This document shows positions 39,015 to 48,191 of a stretch of 64,000 nucleotides of DNA, one piece after another. Made by a program: the position numbers and the translations under genes. Numbering within the stretch: position 1 is the stretch's first letter; each line of letters starts with the position of its first letter. This DNA is from Patescibacteria group bacterium (GTDB taxonomy: Bacteria > Patescibacteriota > Microgenomatia > UBA12405), in NCBI GenBank assembly GCA_023380755.1, contig JAMCSD010000008.1, forward strand, positions 24,592-88,591. Reading direction: 5' to 3'. The notes under the pieces are model-generated. The model was given only the letters and a program-made list of their open reading frames with translations. It did not search any database and had not been told where the DNA came from.

Positions 39015-40290
39015 ACCAGGTTTCAAGGGTCAGTTGACGAAAATTAATCAGGCGAGGAGGAGCATAACCGAGACCGGACAACTGAGGACGAGGATTAAGG
39101 CCATAAATGTCAAAACCATAAGGCAAGAGAATGAACGAAGAAGGAGGAGAAGAAAGAGCGGCAACATCTTTGACAATAATATCGGGACGATAATATTTAA
39201 GGGGGTCAGCAAAAGACGGAATCAGATAGACGGTGGCGGCGCGAGGAAGAGAAGCAGCAAGAGAGCGCCAGTCTTCACGATAGAAGGCAGGAATAAAGAG
39301 ATAAGCTAAAGAAGTAATAAGAAAGATAACTAAAACCAGCAGCCGGAGAAGGGTGAGGCGGGTTTGGGCAAGCAATAAAGCCAACAGAGGAAGAAGAAAA
39401 AGGTAACGAAAATACTGGAGCATAGGAGTATTGAAGGAAACCAAAAAAGCCAAGAGGAGCGGGGTGATTAAAAAGTATTTGAAGAATTTAGAAGGGGCGG
39501 TAAGGGCGAGAAAGAAGGTAATAAGGGCGGCCAAACCAGAAAGAAGGTAATAAAGGAATTTAGGGTAGAAACTAATCCGGCCGATGGTGAATTTAAGCGG
39601 GATTAAGAGAAGGTTTTTGAGATTGGCCTGGCCTAAAACCGGGGACCAGTGGGTGACATTAACAAGGGCGGTTTGGGAATAAACAAACTGGTGTAACACT
39701 AGAGGGAAGAGCAGCAGCAGGGCAAATAAAGGCCCCGGGAGAGTGGCGAAAAAACGATGGGGCTGGCGTTTGATTAAAAGATAACCATAAAGGGTGAGCA
39801 AGAAAAAGACAGCGCCATAATGAGTGAGGAGGGCCAGAGAAGCAAAAAGGTTAAAGAGAAAATATTTTTTTTGGAGAAAAAAATAGAAAGAGGCTGTGAT
39901 AAAAAGAGTGAGCAAGGAATACATGCGGGCTTCCTGAGAATAATAAATGACCAAGGGATTAAAAAGGAAAAAAGCAGCAGCCCAAAGTGGGTTAATTTTC
40001 TTGGTAGTTTTGGCAATCAAAAAAACAATTAGTCCGGTAAGGAGGGAGGCAATAACAGAAGGGAAACGAAGGGCAATTTCGGAAAGGCCAAAAATGGAAG
40101 TCCAAAATTTTTCCAGGAGATAAAAGAGCGGGGGGTGAAAATCGGTGGGGGCAAACCGAGTGACGAGGCCACGATAAGAAAAGTAGCGGACAACATTGGC
40201 AGTGGTGGCTTCATCAAGCCAAAGGGATTGATTAAGAGCAATGAGACGAAGCAAAAAGGCAGCCAAAAAAAGGGTGGTTATCTTTTTCAC
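39007..40290 (-). CDS. GT-C glycosyltransferase (family 39/PMT/ArnT-like)
   Basis: SLWLDE, DFHPPLFY, SE..LR.PS, YSQEARMY. Start moved to GTG 40290. Confidence 0.9.
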   Translation of the reverse strand: MKKITTLFLAAFLLRLIALNQSLWLDEATTANVVRYFSYRGLVTRFAPTDFHPPLFYLLEKFWTSIFGLSEIALRFPSVIASLLTGLIVFLIAKTTKKINPLWAAAFFLFNPLVIYYSQEARMYSLLTLFITASFYFFLQKKYFLFNLFASLALLTHYGAVFFLLTLYGYLLIKRQPHRFFATLPGPLFALLLLFPLVLHQFVYSQTALVNVTHWSPVLGQANLKNLLLIPLKFTIGRISFYPKFLYYLLSGLAALITFFLALTAPSKFFKYFLITPLLLAFLVSFNTPMLQYFRYLFLLPLLALLLAQTRLTLLRLLVLVIFLITSLAYLFIPAFYREDWRSLAASLPRAATVYLIPSFADPLKYYRPDIIVKDVAALSSPPSSFILLPYGFDIYGLNPRPQLSGLGYAPPRLINFRQLTLETWSK

Positions 40291-40310
40291 TATACGTAGT
40301 ATACTCGGGC

Positions 40311-40451
40311 ATGGCAGAAGTATTGACAGTGGTTGATGGGGTAGTGACGGTCGGAAAATGCCGGTGCGGTAAGGTGTTATCGTTGACAGCAACGAGCCAA
40401 TGGTATTGCCTAATCTTAAACTTGAGACTTTGCGACAGAGAGGGGAATTAA
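40311..40451 (+). CDS. Putative 46-aa Cys-containing small protein (below the ORF-track cutoff)
   Basis: MAEVLTVVDGVVTVGKCRCGKVLSLTATSQWYCLILNLRLCDREGN; TATACT 5 nt upstream of the ATG. Confidence 0.35.
   Translation: MAEVLTVVDGVVTVGKCRCGKVLSLTATSQWYCLILNLRLCDREGN
40400..40430 (+). repeat. 31-bp inverted repeat, left copy
   Basis: ATGGTATTGCCTAATCTTAAACTTGAGACTT is the exact reverse complement of 41047-41077. Confidence 0.97.
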
Positions 40452-40453
40452 GT

Positions 40454-41077
40454 TTACCGTAAAAAATCTTGAACCGGTTTGCAGGAAAGGCGATGAAGAG
40501 GGCAAGGACCAAATTGAACCAGGGCTTGCTGGTGGAGCTGGGTACCATAGCCTTTGTGGCGGTCAAAGCCATATTGGGGATAGAGTTTGGCTAAATCGGT
40601 CATGAGGGTATCACGGTGGACTTTGGCCAAAATGGAGGCAGCAGCAATGGTGGCACAAGACCGGTCACCGGCAATGACAGAGCGGTAGCGAAGGGGAACC
40701 GGAAGGCGATAATTACCGTCGATAAGAAGAAAGTCAGCAACAGAAAAGTGGTTAATAATTTCGGCAATAGAAAGGGTTAAGGCAGAAGAAAGGCCATGGG
40801 TATCGATAAAGCGATTGTCTTTGGAGACAAGAAAATGATTAAGTTGAGCAAGGTGGCGGGCCACTAGGGTGCGACGTTGACGAGCGGTGAGCAACTTGGA
40901 ATCGCGAAGATGATACCGATAAAGGCGTGATAGCGGAAAGGATTGAAGGTCAAAAAGGCAGCCAGCAACGGTCACCGGACCGGCCCAAGGCCCCCGACCG
41001 ACTTCATCAATAGCCAATAAGTAACGGGTTCCCGAGGGAATTAAAGAAGTCTCAAGTTTAAGATTAGGCAATACCAT
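40454..41077 (-). CDS. rnhB: Ribonuclease HII
   Basis: IDEVGRGP.AGPV, DSK, IDGN, AASILAKV.RD, KGYGT, HR.S. Confidence 0.95.
   Translation of the reverse strand: MVLPNLKLETSLIPSGTRYLLAIDEVGRGPWAGPVTVAGCLFDLQSFPLSRLYRYHLRDSKLLTARQRRTLVARHLAQLNHFLVSKDNRFIDTHGLSSALTLSIAEIINHFSVADFLLIDGNYRLPVPLRYRSVIAGDRSCATIAAASILAKVHRDTLMTDLAKLYPQYGFDRHKGYGTQLHQQALVQFGPCPLHRLSCKPVQDFLR
41047..41077 (-). repeat. 31-bp inverted repeat, right copy (first 31 nt of rnhB)
   Basis: Begins exactly at the rnhB ATG. Confidence 0.97.
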
Positions 41078-41150
41078 GAGTGATTTTAGCAGGAGGCTTG
41101 AAATTAATAAGAAGTACTCCTATTATTATAGTGTTAGTTTAATAAAGTAT

Positions 41151-41615
41151 ATGCTACAAGAAGGACAAAAAGCGCCGGATTTTACTTTGCCGGACCAAAA
41201 TAACCAAAAGCATAGTTTGAGCGATTACCGCGGAGAATGGGTATTATTATACTTCTACCCCAAAGATGATACGCCGGGGTGCACCAAGGAGGCGTGCGGA
41301 ATACAAGGAAGTTTGAGCTTGTTTAACCAGGCAAAAAGCCAAGTACTGGGGGTAAGTGTGGATTCGATAAAAAGCCACAAGAAGTTTGCGGAAAAATACG
41401 GTTTGACCTTTCCCCTACTGGCTGATGAAAGTAAGCAGGTAGTCCGAGAATACGATGTCTGGAAAAACAAAAAATTTATGGGGAAGGAATACCAAGGTAT
41501 AGTGCGAAGTTCGTTTTTGATAAACCCGGAAGGTAAAATTGCTAAAATTTATCAACAAGTCAGACCGGAAATCCATGCCCAAGAAGTGTTGACCGACCTC
41601 ATCATGAACCGCTAA
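41151..41615 (+). CDS. bcp: Peroxiredoxin BCP/PrxQ
   Basis: YFYPKDDTPGCTKEAC. Start moved to 41151. Confidence 0.95.
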   Translation: MLQEGQKAPDFTLPDQNNQKHSLSDYRGEWVLLYFYPKDDTPGCTKEACGIQGSLSLFNQAKSQVLGVSVDSIKSHKKFAEKYGLTFPLLADESKQVVREYDVWKNKKFMGKEYQGIVRSSFLINPEGKIAKIYQQVRPEIHAQEVLTDLIMNR

Positions 41616-41634
41616 AGGGTGTTATACTCATTTC

Positions 41635-42084
41635 ATGGTAGAAACAACAAAAAAACTGTATCGTTCGAACAAAGATTACGTGATTGCCGGAGTGGCAGGA
41701 GGCTTAGGAGAATATTTCGGAGTTGATTCGATAATTATCAGATTGCTGTTGGTGGTGTTGGCTTTGGGGGGCGGATCAGGAATTCTGATTTATTTAGTGT
41801 TGGCAATTATTGTTCCCCGGGAGCCGGGAGAAGTGGTCGAAGTGGACAGAAAAGAAAAAGTAGAAAAAATGGCTCAAGACGTAGGGGAAAGAGTTAAAAA
41901 AGTGGCTGATGAATACCGGGATGACAGAACGGGCGAGCGGCGGCATGGAGCCCTGGGATGGATTGTGCTGCTTTTGGGACTATTTTTACTGCTTAACCAG
42001 GTGATTCCCGGATGGTTTCGAGCGGACCTTTTTTGGCCGGTGGCTCTGATTTTGGCCGGGGTCTATTTGATGGTCCGAAGGTAA
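41635..42084 (+). CDS. PspC-domain membrane protein with a LiaF/DUF5668-like C-terminus
   Basis: KKLYRS..D..IAGV.GGLGEYF.VD...R. Confidence 0.92.
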   Translation: MVETTKKLYRSNKDYVIAGVAGGLGEYFGVDSIIIRLLLVVLALGGGSGILIYLVLAIIVPREPGEVVEVDRKEKVEKMAQDVGERVKKVADEYRDDRTGERRHGALGWIVLLLGLFLLLNQVIPGWFRADLFWPVALILAGVYLMVRR

Positions 42085-42091
42085 GAGAAAA

Positions 42092-43279
42092 ATGGATTAC
42101 TCAAGAAATGTGCGCCTCCTAGGATGGCATAGTTTTTTTATTGGTTTTAGTTTGTGGGCACCAATTGCAATCTTGTACTTTTCAAAAATTAGTGGCTCGT
42201 ACGCACTGGGTCTAAGTGTTTTTTCGATAACCATGATCAGTTCGGCAGCTTTAGAAGTACCAACAGGAGTTTGGTCGGATTTTATAGGCAGACGGAAAAC
42301 GCTGATAGCGGGTTCGGCAGCTTATGCCTTAAGTGCAGTATTTTACGCGCTGGGACATTTTTACGGAATTTTGGTGATTGGGGCTATTCTGGAAGGATTA
42401 GGGAGGGCACTTTATAGTGGTAACAATACAGCGATGATTTATGAAAGTGTGAATAAAAGTGAAAACAAAAAGACGTTGGAGCACTTTTTGGGGAAAATCG
42501 GCGCAGCGGAACAATGGGCATTGGCATTTTCAGCGTTAATAGGAGGAATAATTGCCAGTAAATCATTCAGCGTGGTGGTGTGGTTATCAGTAATTCCACT
42601 GGTGATATGCTTTGGATTATCACTCTTTACTATTGAGGTACCAAAGGATAAGGCGAGTAGCAATATTTATGCCCATCTTAAAGAGGCTTTAGTTTTATTT
42701 AAAAAAAATAAACGATTACAATTTTTGGGGGTGGCAGATATTATTGGTTACGGAATTGGTGAATCGAGTTTTAACTTCCGAAGCGCTTTTGTGGCAATGT
42801 TGTGGCCAGTTTGGGCTATCGGAGCAGCACAGTTGTTATCGAATGTAGGAGCAGCTGTCAGCTTTGAAATGGCAGGAAAGGTAATTAAAAAAGTGCGTTC
42901 AGAAGTAATTTTGCTGGCACAGAGTGTTTATAGTCGAATGGCGAACATAATAGCCTTATTATTTCCGGGAATCCTATCTCCGATTTTGATGTCGTCCACT
43001 TCGGGTTGGTATGGGTTGGGGAATGTTGCCGAAACAAGTTTGTATCAAAGAGAATTTAGCGATAAACAGAGGGCAACATTAGGATCATTGACTTCTTTGG
43101 GGGGAAAAATTGTTTACGGCTTGGCAGCAACATTGATAGGGGTGATGGCTGACAATGTCGGTCCAGCTAAAGCTTTACTACTTGGTCAAGTGATTATGTT
43201 GATGACAACATGGTGTTACATTTGGTTAGCTAAGAATGACGGTCGCGGCGTAAAGTACCCCGGTGTTGAGGGTGTTTAA
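42092..43279 (+). CDS. MFS transporter
   Basis: EVPTG..SD..GRRK; about 12 TM; QRAT..S. Confidence 0.9.
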   Translation: MDYSRNVRLLGWHSFFIGFSLWAPIAILYFSKISGSYALGLSVFSITMISSAALEVPTGVWSDFIGRRKTLIAGSAAYALSAVFYALGHFYGILVIGAILEGLGRALYSGNNTAMIYESVNKSENKKTLEHFLGKIGAAEQWALAFSALIGGIIASKSFSVVVWLSVIPLVICFGLSLFTIEVPKDKASSNIYAHLKEALVLFKKNKRLQFLGVADIIGYGIGESSFNFRSAFVAMLWPVWAIGAAQLLSNVGAAVSFEMAGKVIKKVRSEVILLAQSVYSRMANIIALLFPGILSPILMSSTSGWYGLGNVAETSLYQREFSDKQRATLGSLTSLGGKIVYGLAATLIGVMADNVGPAKALLLGQVIMLMTTWCYIWLAKNDGRGVKYPGVEGV

Positions 43280-43457
43280 GGTGAGTACGAGCAAACTGAC
43301 TGGAGCGCATAGCCCGAAGGGCCGCTTCAGCAGCAGCAGAAGGAGCGCTTGAACGAGCTTGGATGTCGAGCTGCTGATAAAGGGTGAGGATGTCGGTGGT
43401 TTTTTCAAGATGCCCGAGGGCGGAGGCGGTAACTAAGGCGGTAATCTGTTCAAACAC
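43230..43457 (-). CDS. Small hypothetical protein
   Basis: 75-aa ORF filling the gap, helical-looking; overlaps the MFS 3' end by 50 bp. Confidence 0.4.
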   Translation of the reverse strand: MFEQITALVTASALGHLEKTTDILTLYQQLDIQARSSAPSAAAEAALRAMRSSQFARTHLKHPQHRGTLRRDRHS

Positions 43458-43516
43458 TTATAAGCTAATATAATGGGAAGTTGGGGCTTTGGAAACTATG
43501 ACAAAGTGGGATGATC

Positions 43517-44044
43517 CTACTCACGGCAACAATCAAGCATTTTGCCCACAGCAGAGCTGACGGAAGAAAAAAGACCTTTGGAAGTTTTAAGAGGGATTTC
43601 GTTTTTGGGAAGTTCGATAGTTTTCGGGTCTTTGTTTTTAACTAGACCTAAATTGAGACCCCAGAAAAGATTGTAAAGGTGAAAGGACTTTTGAAAATAA
43701 TCATAAGCTTTGGCCGTATCCCCTTTTTTCTGGGCTTTGGTACCAACCTCCATGAGACGCATCGAAGCGGCCAGCAAGTGTTTGCTGATGCACCATTCTT
43801 CACCGCCATAATCTTTGATAATTTCTTTTAAGAGAGCAACACGCATGGCCCGGACTTCGTTGATGAGATCGTAGTATTTGGTTTTGCCAGTTTTGCCACC
43901 AGAAAAGAAGAGGTGTTCCTCAATGGAGATTAAATTCATGATGCCAATGGAAAGGTCTTCGCCGCTGCTAAGGTCAAGTTTTTGGCCAGACTCGGCGGCT
44001 TTGACTTTATCCATAAATTGCTGGAGGTCAAGTTTTTTGTCCAT
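43517..44044 (-). CDS. Conserved hypothetical helical protein (WC..KH motif, C-terminal CC)
   Basis: NLISIEEH..WCISKHLL..DCCRE. Confidence 0.75.
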   Translation of the reverse strand: MDKKLDLQQFMDKVKAAESGQKLDLSSGEDLSIGIMNLISIEEHLFFSGGKTGKTKYYDLINEVRAMRVALLKEIIKDYGGEEWCISKHLLAASMRLMEVGTKAQKKGDTAKAYDYFQKSFHLYNLFWGLNLGLVKNKDPKTIELPKNEIPLKTSKGLFSSVSSAVGKMLDCCRE

Positions 44045-44047
44045 GGA

Positions 44048-44509
44048 TTATTTAAGGTGGAAGGCGAATTTAAAAATAACAGTAGTAACCACAACTAACA
44101 CTACCGGAAAAACAACTTTGGCATAAGGGAAGAGGGTGCGGCCGCCGTTATTTTTTTTAGTGTAAAGATAGGTAAAATTACCAATGACCATGGCAATCAG
44201 GCCGAGGGTTTGGCCCAAAAGAATTTTGTCGATCCCAAAAAGGCGGTTCCCCACATGACCCATTTGGCCGGTATACTGGAAATAAAATAAGGTAAAGCCA
44301 TACATAATTAAAGAAAGGAGTAAGGGGTTGCGCAGAAAGCGGTTTTTAAACTTAGAAGCTAACCAAAAAGAAATAGCAGTGTCGAGGGCGGAAATCCAGA
44401 TAGAAACCAAAAGATCATCAATACCCAGTTTCTTGGCTAAAAGCATGCCACCACCGACAGTAACAATACAAACAGGACATTGGGCATAAACTGAACGGAC
44501 AAGGAACAT
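44048..44509 (-). CDS. Membrane protein with N-terminal CPVC (paralog of 52569-53081)
   Basis: AQCPVC...G..L...LGIDD....IW. Start moved to 44509. Confidence 0.78.
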   Translation of the reverse strand: MFLVRSVYAQCPVCIVTVGGGMLLAKKLGIDDLLVSIWISALDTAISFWLASKFKNRFLRNPLLLSLIMYGFTLFYFQYTGQMGHVGNRLFGIDKILLGQTLGLIAMVIGNFTYLYTKKNNGGRTLFPYAKVVFPVVLVVVTTVIFKFAFHLK

Positions 44510-44536
44510 AGTTGTATTGTAGCAAGAAGTAGACAA

Positions 44537-45691
44537 CTACGGGCGTAGTAGATTGGAAAAAAACAGGTAACCACGACCACGAATGGTTTTAATGACACCG
44601 GGATTGGCACCAATTTGCTTGAGTTTGGAGCGAAGACGCTTGATCCACTGAGAAATGGCCCAGTCAGAAAAACTGGTTTCCGCTTCTCCAGCCCAGATAC
44701 AGTTGGCGATATCATCTTTGGAAATTAATTTTCCCTGATTCTTGGCGAAATGAAAAAGGAGATCACATTCACCCGGAGAAAAACGATCAAGAAGGCTAAG
44801 ACCATTAAAGGTAATATCACCACGAGAGGGGTCAATGACGAGACCAGGAGCAGGAAGAGACATAAAGAAATTTTTTATATAGTGATTGTTTTGCAAATAT
44901 TCTAGAGGAGTAGAAAAAGGTTGACAGCCATTCTCGAGGCAAAAACAGGCATATTTAATGAGGATAGGGTTTCCCTGGCTAATAGTTTTGATGGCCGAGG
45001 TTTCCGAGGGAGTGTAGGTTTTGTTAAGAGTGAAACCCCAACGGTTGATTAAATAGTCAATATCGTCAGGAGAAACAGAATCGAACTTAACGATGTTTTG
45101 GAAAAGGAGATCCTCGATAAAGAGATATTTATCATCAGTTAACTTTTCGGGGGCATCGGCATAGGTGATAAAAAGATACCGTACCTTATCGCGGATACCG
45201 GGGGGACGAACAGCTTTTAAACTACCCCAAAAGAATTTATCGGCAAAATCAAGATGACCAAGACCGCGGAGGACGATAACCAGATCCCAACGGGCGGTGA
45301 TGATCTCAATTTTGGTCTTAAGGAGGGTGACAAGATCGTTGGCCGTAATTTCGGACCAATTAAGAGGTTGGGCATCTGGGATAATTTCGGCTAATTTCTG
45401 GTAGAAAAGACTAAGATAAGTTTTGGCATTACAATCGACCAACTCCTCTTGGTTAACGATCACAAAGCGGAAGGTTTGGGAATTAACCGGAAGATGATTA
45501 TTTTGGGAAAGCTCGTCAATGTTGCCGACCAAGAAACGGATAAGGCGCATCAGACCACCGAAGCGGGGCGCAGATTCAACGGTAACACACTGATGGTTAA
45601 GGATAGGAGTAAAGATTGTTTGGAAATAATGATTGACCGTTTGAGGGGTAAGGGGGTAATAAAACGGGCTATCTTTCGTGATTTTAATCAT
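44537..45691 (-). CDS. Regulator: degenerate AAA/STAND-like domain plus C-terminal OmpR-type winged helix
   Basis: C-terminal E..LL......G...SKDDI...IW..I.RLR.KL..IKTIRGRGY; no intact Walker A. Confidence 0.8.
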   Translation of the reverse strand: MIKITKDSPFYYPLTPQTVNHYFQTIFTPILNHQCVTVESAPRFGGLMRLIRFLVGNIDELSQNNHLPVNSQTFRFVIVNQEELVDCNAKTYLSLFYQKLAEIIPDAQPLNWSEITANDLVTLLKTKIEIITARWDLVIVLRGLGHLDFADKFFWGSLKAVRPPGIRDKVRYLFITYADAPEKLTDDKYLFIEDLLFQNIVKFDSVSPDDIDYLINRWGFTLNKTYTPSETSAIKTISQGNPILIKYACFCLENGCQPFSTPLEYLQNNHYIKNFFMSLPAPGLVIDPSRGDITFNGLSLLDRFSPGECDLLFHFAKNQGKLISKDDIANCIWAGEAETSFSDWAISQWIKRLRSKLKQIGANPGVIKTIRGRGYLFFSNLLRP

Positions 45692-45805
45692 TTGTCGACT
45701 CCCCTATTGTAACAAATGTCAAAAAAGTCAGAAAAGTGTCACAAAGGCGTCAAGCTTGGCGGCAGAAGTCTTTGTAGGATAGGCTGTTAACAATTTAGGA
45801 TTTTT

Positions 45806-46207
45806 ATGTCATTAAAAGAGAAGGCTTTTGGCCAGTTGCCGGTGACGGTTGATATTTATAAAGATACCCGCCCAGAGGATACCGACGTGGAACCTTATCG
45901 GCGCGAAAGGACGAGCACCATGGGGGAGATGTTCTCGGAGTGGCAGCTGAATATACTGCAAACATTGAGCAGAGGGGTGGAAAAACCACTGGAATCATTT
46001 CGGGTATCAACAATGCATAAATATTATGAATTTCGGAAATCTCACTATCGGGCGAGCGTGCAGGTGAGCGGCGAAGATGTGGAGCATAAGCATCACAACC
46101 TTATTAATAAAGCTTCAGAAGAATATGGAGATTACGTCAATTGGGAGAGTTCGGGAGGGTGGGTGGAAGAAGCAGATTTAGTAAGAAGGAGGGGGGAAAA
46201 TGAGTAA
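45806..46207 (+). CDS. Hypothetical protein (tandem paralog 1)
   Basis: Shares Y.A.V....D.....H.L.......W....W.E..DL with the next two ORFs. Confidence 0.7.
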   Translation: MSLKEKAFGQLPVTVDIYKDTRPEDTDVEPYRRERTSTMGEMFSEWQLNILQTLSRGVEKPLESFRVSTMHKYYEFRKSHYRASVQVSGEDVEHKHHNLINKASEEYGDYVNWESSGGWVEEADLVRRRGENE

Positions 46208-46607
46208 TTCAGAGAGAGAATCATCGGGAATACCGGTACATGTGAAACAACGCTTCCGGGAAAGACGAATGGATGGCAAATGGGGGGTAGTAGAGCTTCG
46301 AGAGCATGATTATATTGACTTAACTTTTACCTTTTTACCGGCGCACATTGGCCAGCTACATGTTTTGGAGGAAAGGGCGGGGACAAAGGCGGAGGCTTTT
46401 GAGGTGGTGACCAGCCATCGGTTTTCGGAACAGAGGCCACCACACTACCAGGCAAGAGTGGAAATCAGCTGTCGGGATGCTAATAACATGCGCCATATTT
46501 TAGTGGACAAGGCAACTACGGAATATTGGCGTTACACGCTTTGGGAAAAGCCGGAGGGATGGATTGAAAGTAGTGATTTATTACCAATTCCGAGAAGGAG
46601 AGAATGA
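46200..46607 (+). CDS. Hypothetical protein (tandem paralog 2)
   Basis: Same motif; start overlaps the upstream stop. Confidence 0.7.
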   Translation: MSNSERESSGIPVHVKQRFRERRMDGKWGVVELREHDYIDLTFTFLPAHIGQLHVLEERAGTKAEAFEVVTSHRFSEQRPPHYQARVEISCRDANNMRHILVDKATTEYWRYTLWEKPEGWIESSDLLPIPRRRE

Positions 46608-47107
46608 TTAATAAGGAAAGACTGGAATTAGTGGGTTCAAGACCAGTAGTGATTGAAACGGATCAAGTCTTAGAAATTAATGAAGATTACCAACCGGTTA
46701 CGTGGCATCATCATAGAAGCGAAAGGGTGGGGATTTTAAGAGAACAACTGAACCCACAACAAATAATAATTCTCGCAAAATTAGCTCAAAGGATCGAATC
46801 GACTCCGGACGTATTTAAAATTGAGGTGAGGCATATAACCGGATTCTACGAACACGACCGCTATACTGCTTGCGTCCGGGTTACCTTATTGGATAGAGCA
46901 GAGCGGGAGCATTGTTTATTATTTAAGGAGACAAAAAAACCCGGTGATTTTGAACGATGGAAGGCTAGTAATAATTGGATAGAAGAAGGTGATTTACCAA
47001 AGATGAGGGCGGCGGAAGGAGAAGGGCCAGAAGAACGATGGGAACAGTGGATAAGGTGGAATGGTTACAAATTTAAGGCCGGACCGGGGAAGAATCAAGA
47101 ATGTTGA
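46604..47107 (+). CDS. Hypothetical protein (tandem paralog 3)
   Basis: Same motif; ATGA overlap. Confidence 0.7.
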   Translation: MINKERLELVGSRPVVIETDQVLEINEDYQPVTWHHHRSERVGILREQLNPQQIIILAKLAQRIESTPDVFKIEVRHITGFYEHDRYTACVRVTLLDRAEREHCLLFKETKKPGDFERWKASNNWIEEGDLPKMRAAEGEGPEERWEQWIRWNGYKFKAGPGKNQEC

Positions 47108-47387
47108 GCAGGTCAATAACCGGCTTACGATTAATGGTGGTATTACCGGAAAGCTGGCGAAGACAATGGGTGCAATTGGGCAGTTCAACGATGATAACAA
47201 AATAACCAAACCTTAAGGCTTTTAGTATGGTACCGACATGTGCTGACCGACCATGAGCTTGCTGCCACAATTTGACAATTTTCTGGCGAGGATGACACGT
47301 ACCAATCATGACATCGTAGCCCAAACGGATAAAGTTAGTGGCCAGTTCCAAACTATGATGGTCGGATCCAATGATCGCCACCCTCAT
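47073..47387 (-). CDS. Short degenerate Rossmann-fold protein (F420:NADP oxidoreductase-like N-half), possibly a remnant
   Basis: MRVAIIGS......LA......GYDVMIG; incomplete GxGxxG; only 104 aa. Confidence 0.45.
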   Translation of the reverse strand: MRVAIIGSDHHSLELATNFIRLGYDVMIGTCHPRQKIVKLWQQAHGRSAHVGTILKALRFGYFVIIVELPNCTHCLRQLSGNTTINRKPVIDLLNILDSSPVRP

Positions 47388-47434
47388 AATTATATTATAA
47401 ACTTTCTCGTACCATTATGGTAGTAGTTTGGCGG

Positions 47435-48061
47435 TTACTTTTGAGGAATGAGACCAGTAAGGTTAATCTTACCGTTAATAACGGTTAAAGATTGGATGAA
47501 CAAACCTTTGGTATTGTTGAGCTGATTTTGAATCAAGGAGGTGATAGTGGGGGTGTTTTCGGTAATCGCTAATTTGGGAACAGAAAAGTTGCCAATGTTA
47601 ACCGCATTAGGCTTAAGAGAGACAAGATTATTATTAACAGTGAGGCCGCCTTGATAATAAAAGTCGGGATTTTGAGGGATGTGGTAACGACGAATAAGAG
47701 GATCGAGGACGGTTTTTGGATAAATTTGGTAAAGAAAAGGTAAAACTTGAGAGGAACGTAATTTGCCGGTAAGAGTAACAGTATTATCAGGGTTAACCTG
47801 GAGACCAGTGTTATAGAGGGGTGAATTACTCCCCTGCTGATTGAGGAAATAGGCGGCCTGGTCACCGGTAAAGCTGGTGTTAACCGCCGGCCCTAAGCCG
47901 GTAGGTAAACCACTGGGGTAAGCTGAGGGAGAAGCGGTGGGAAGGCCAAGAAGAGAAGTGGAAGTGGGAGTAAAAGGGCCACGAAGATAACTAATAATAG
48001 CGGCTAAGGCGATAACGACAATAACGGCGATGATGATGAGCGTGAGAGTACGATTCGGCAT
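47435..48061 (-). CDS. Hypothetical membrane-anchored protein
   Basis: N-terminal TM, S/T/P linker, beta-rich domain. Confidence 0.7.
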   Translation of the reverse strand: MPNRTLTLIIIAVIVVIALAAIISYLRGPFTPTSTSLLGLPTASPSAYPSGLPTGLGPAVNTSFTGDQAAYFLNQQGSNSPLYNTGLQVNPDNTVTLTGKLRSSQVLPFLYQIYPKTVLDPLIRRYHIPQNPDFYYQGGLTVNNNLVSLKPNAVNIGNFSVPKLAITENTPTITSLIQNQLNNTKGLFIQSLTVINGKINLTGLIPQK

Positions 48062-48167
48062 AGGCAGAAAATTTGTAAAGGCAGCCCAAAAGGTGTGACT
48101 ATATAATTTTAGATAACTTACGGCAAAAAAGAAAGCATACCGGGAAATTCTGGTTATTTTTTAAACA

Positions 48168-48191
48168 AAAACCCCGCCGTCGCGGGGTTTT
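48168..48191. terminator. Intrinsic terminator hairpin
   Basis: AAAACCCCGC-CGTC-GCGGGGTTTT. Confidence 0.8.

Noticed and set aside
40291..40572. N-terminal extension of the GT39 ORF
   Set aside because: Overlaps rnhB; GTG 40290 with TATACT upstream is the better start.
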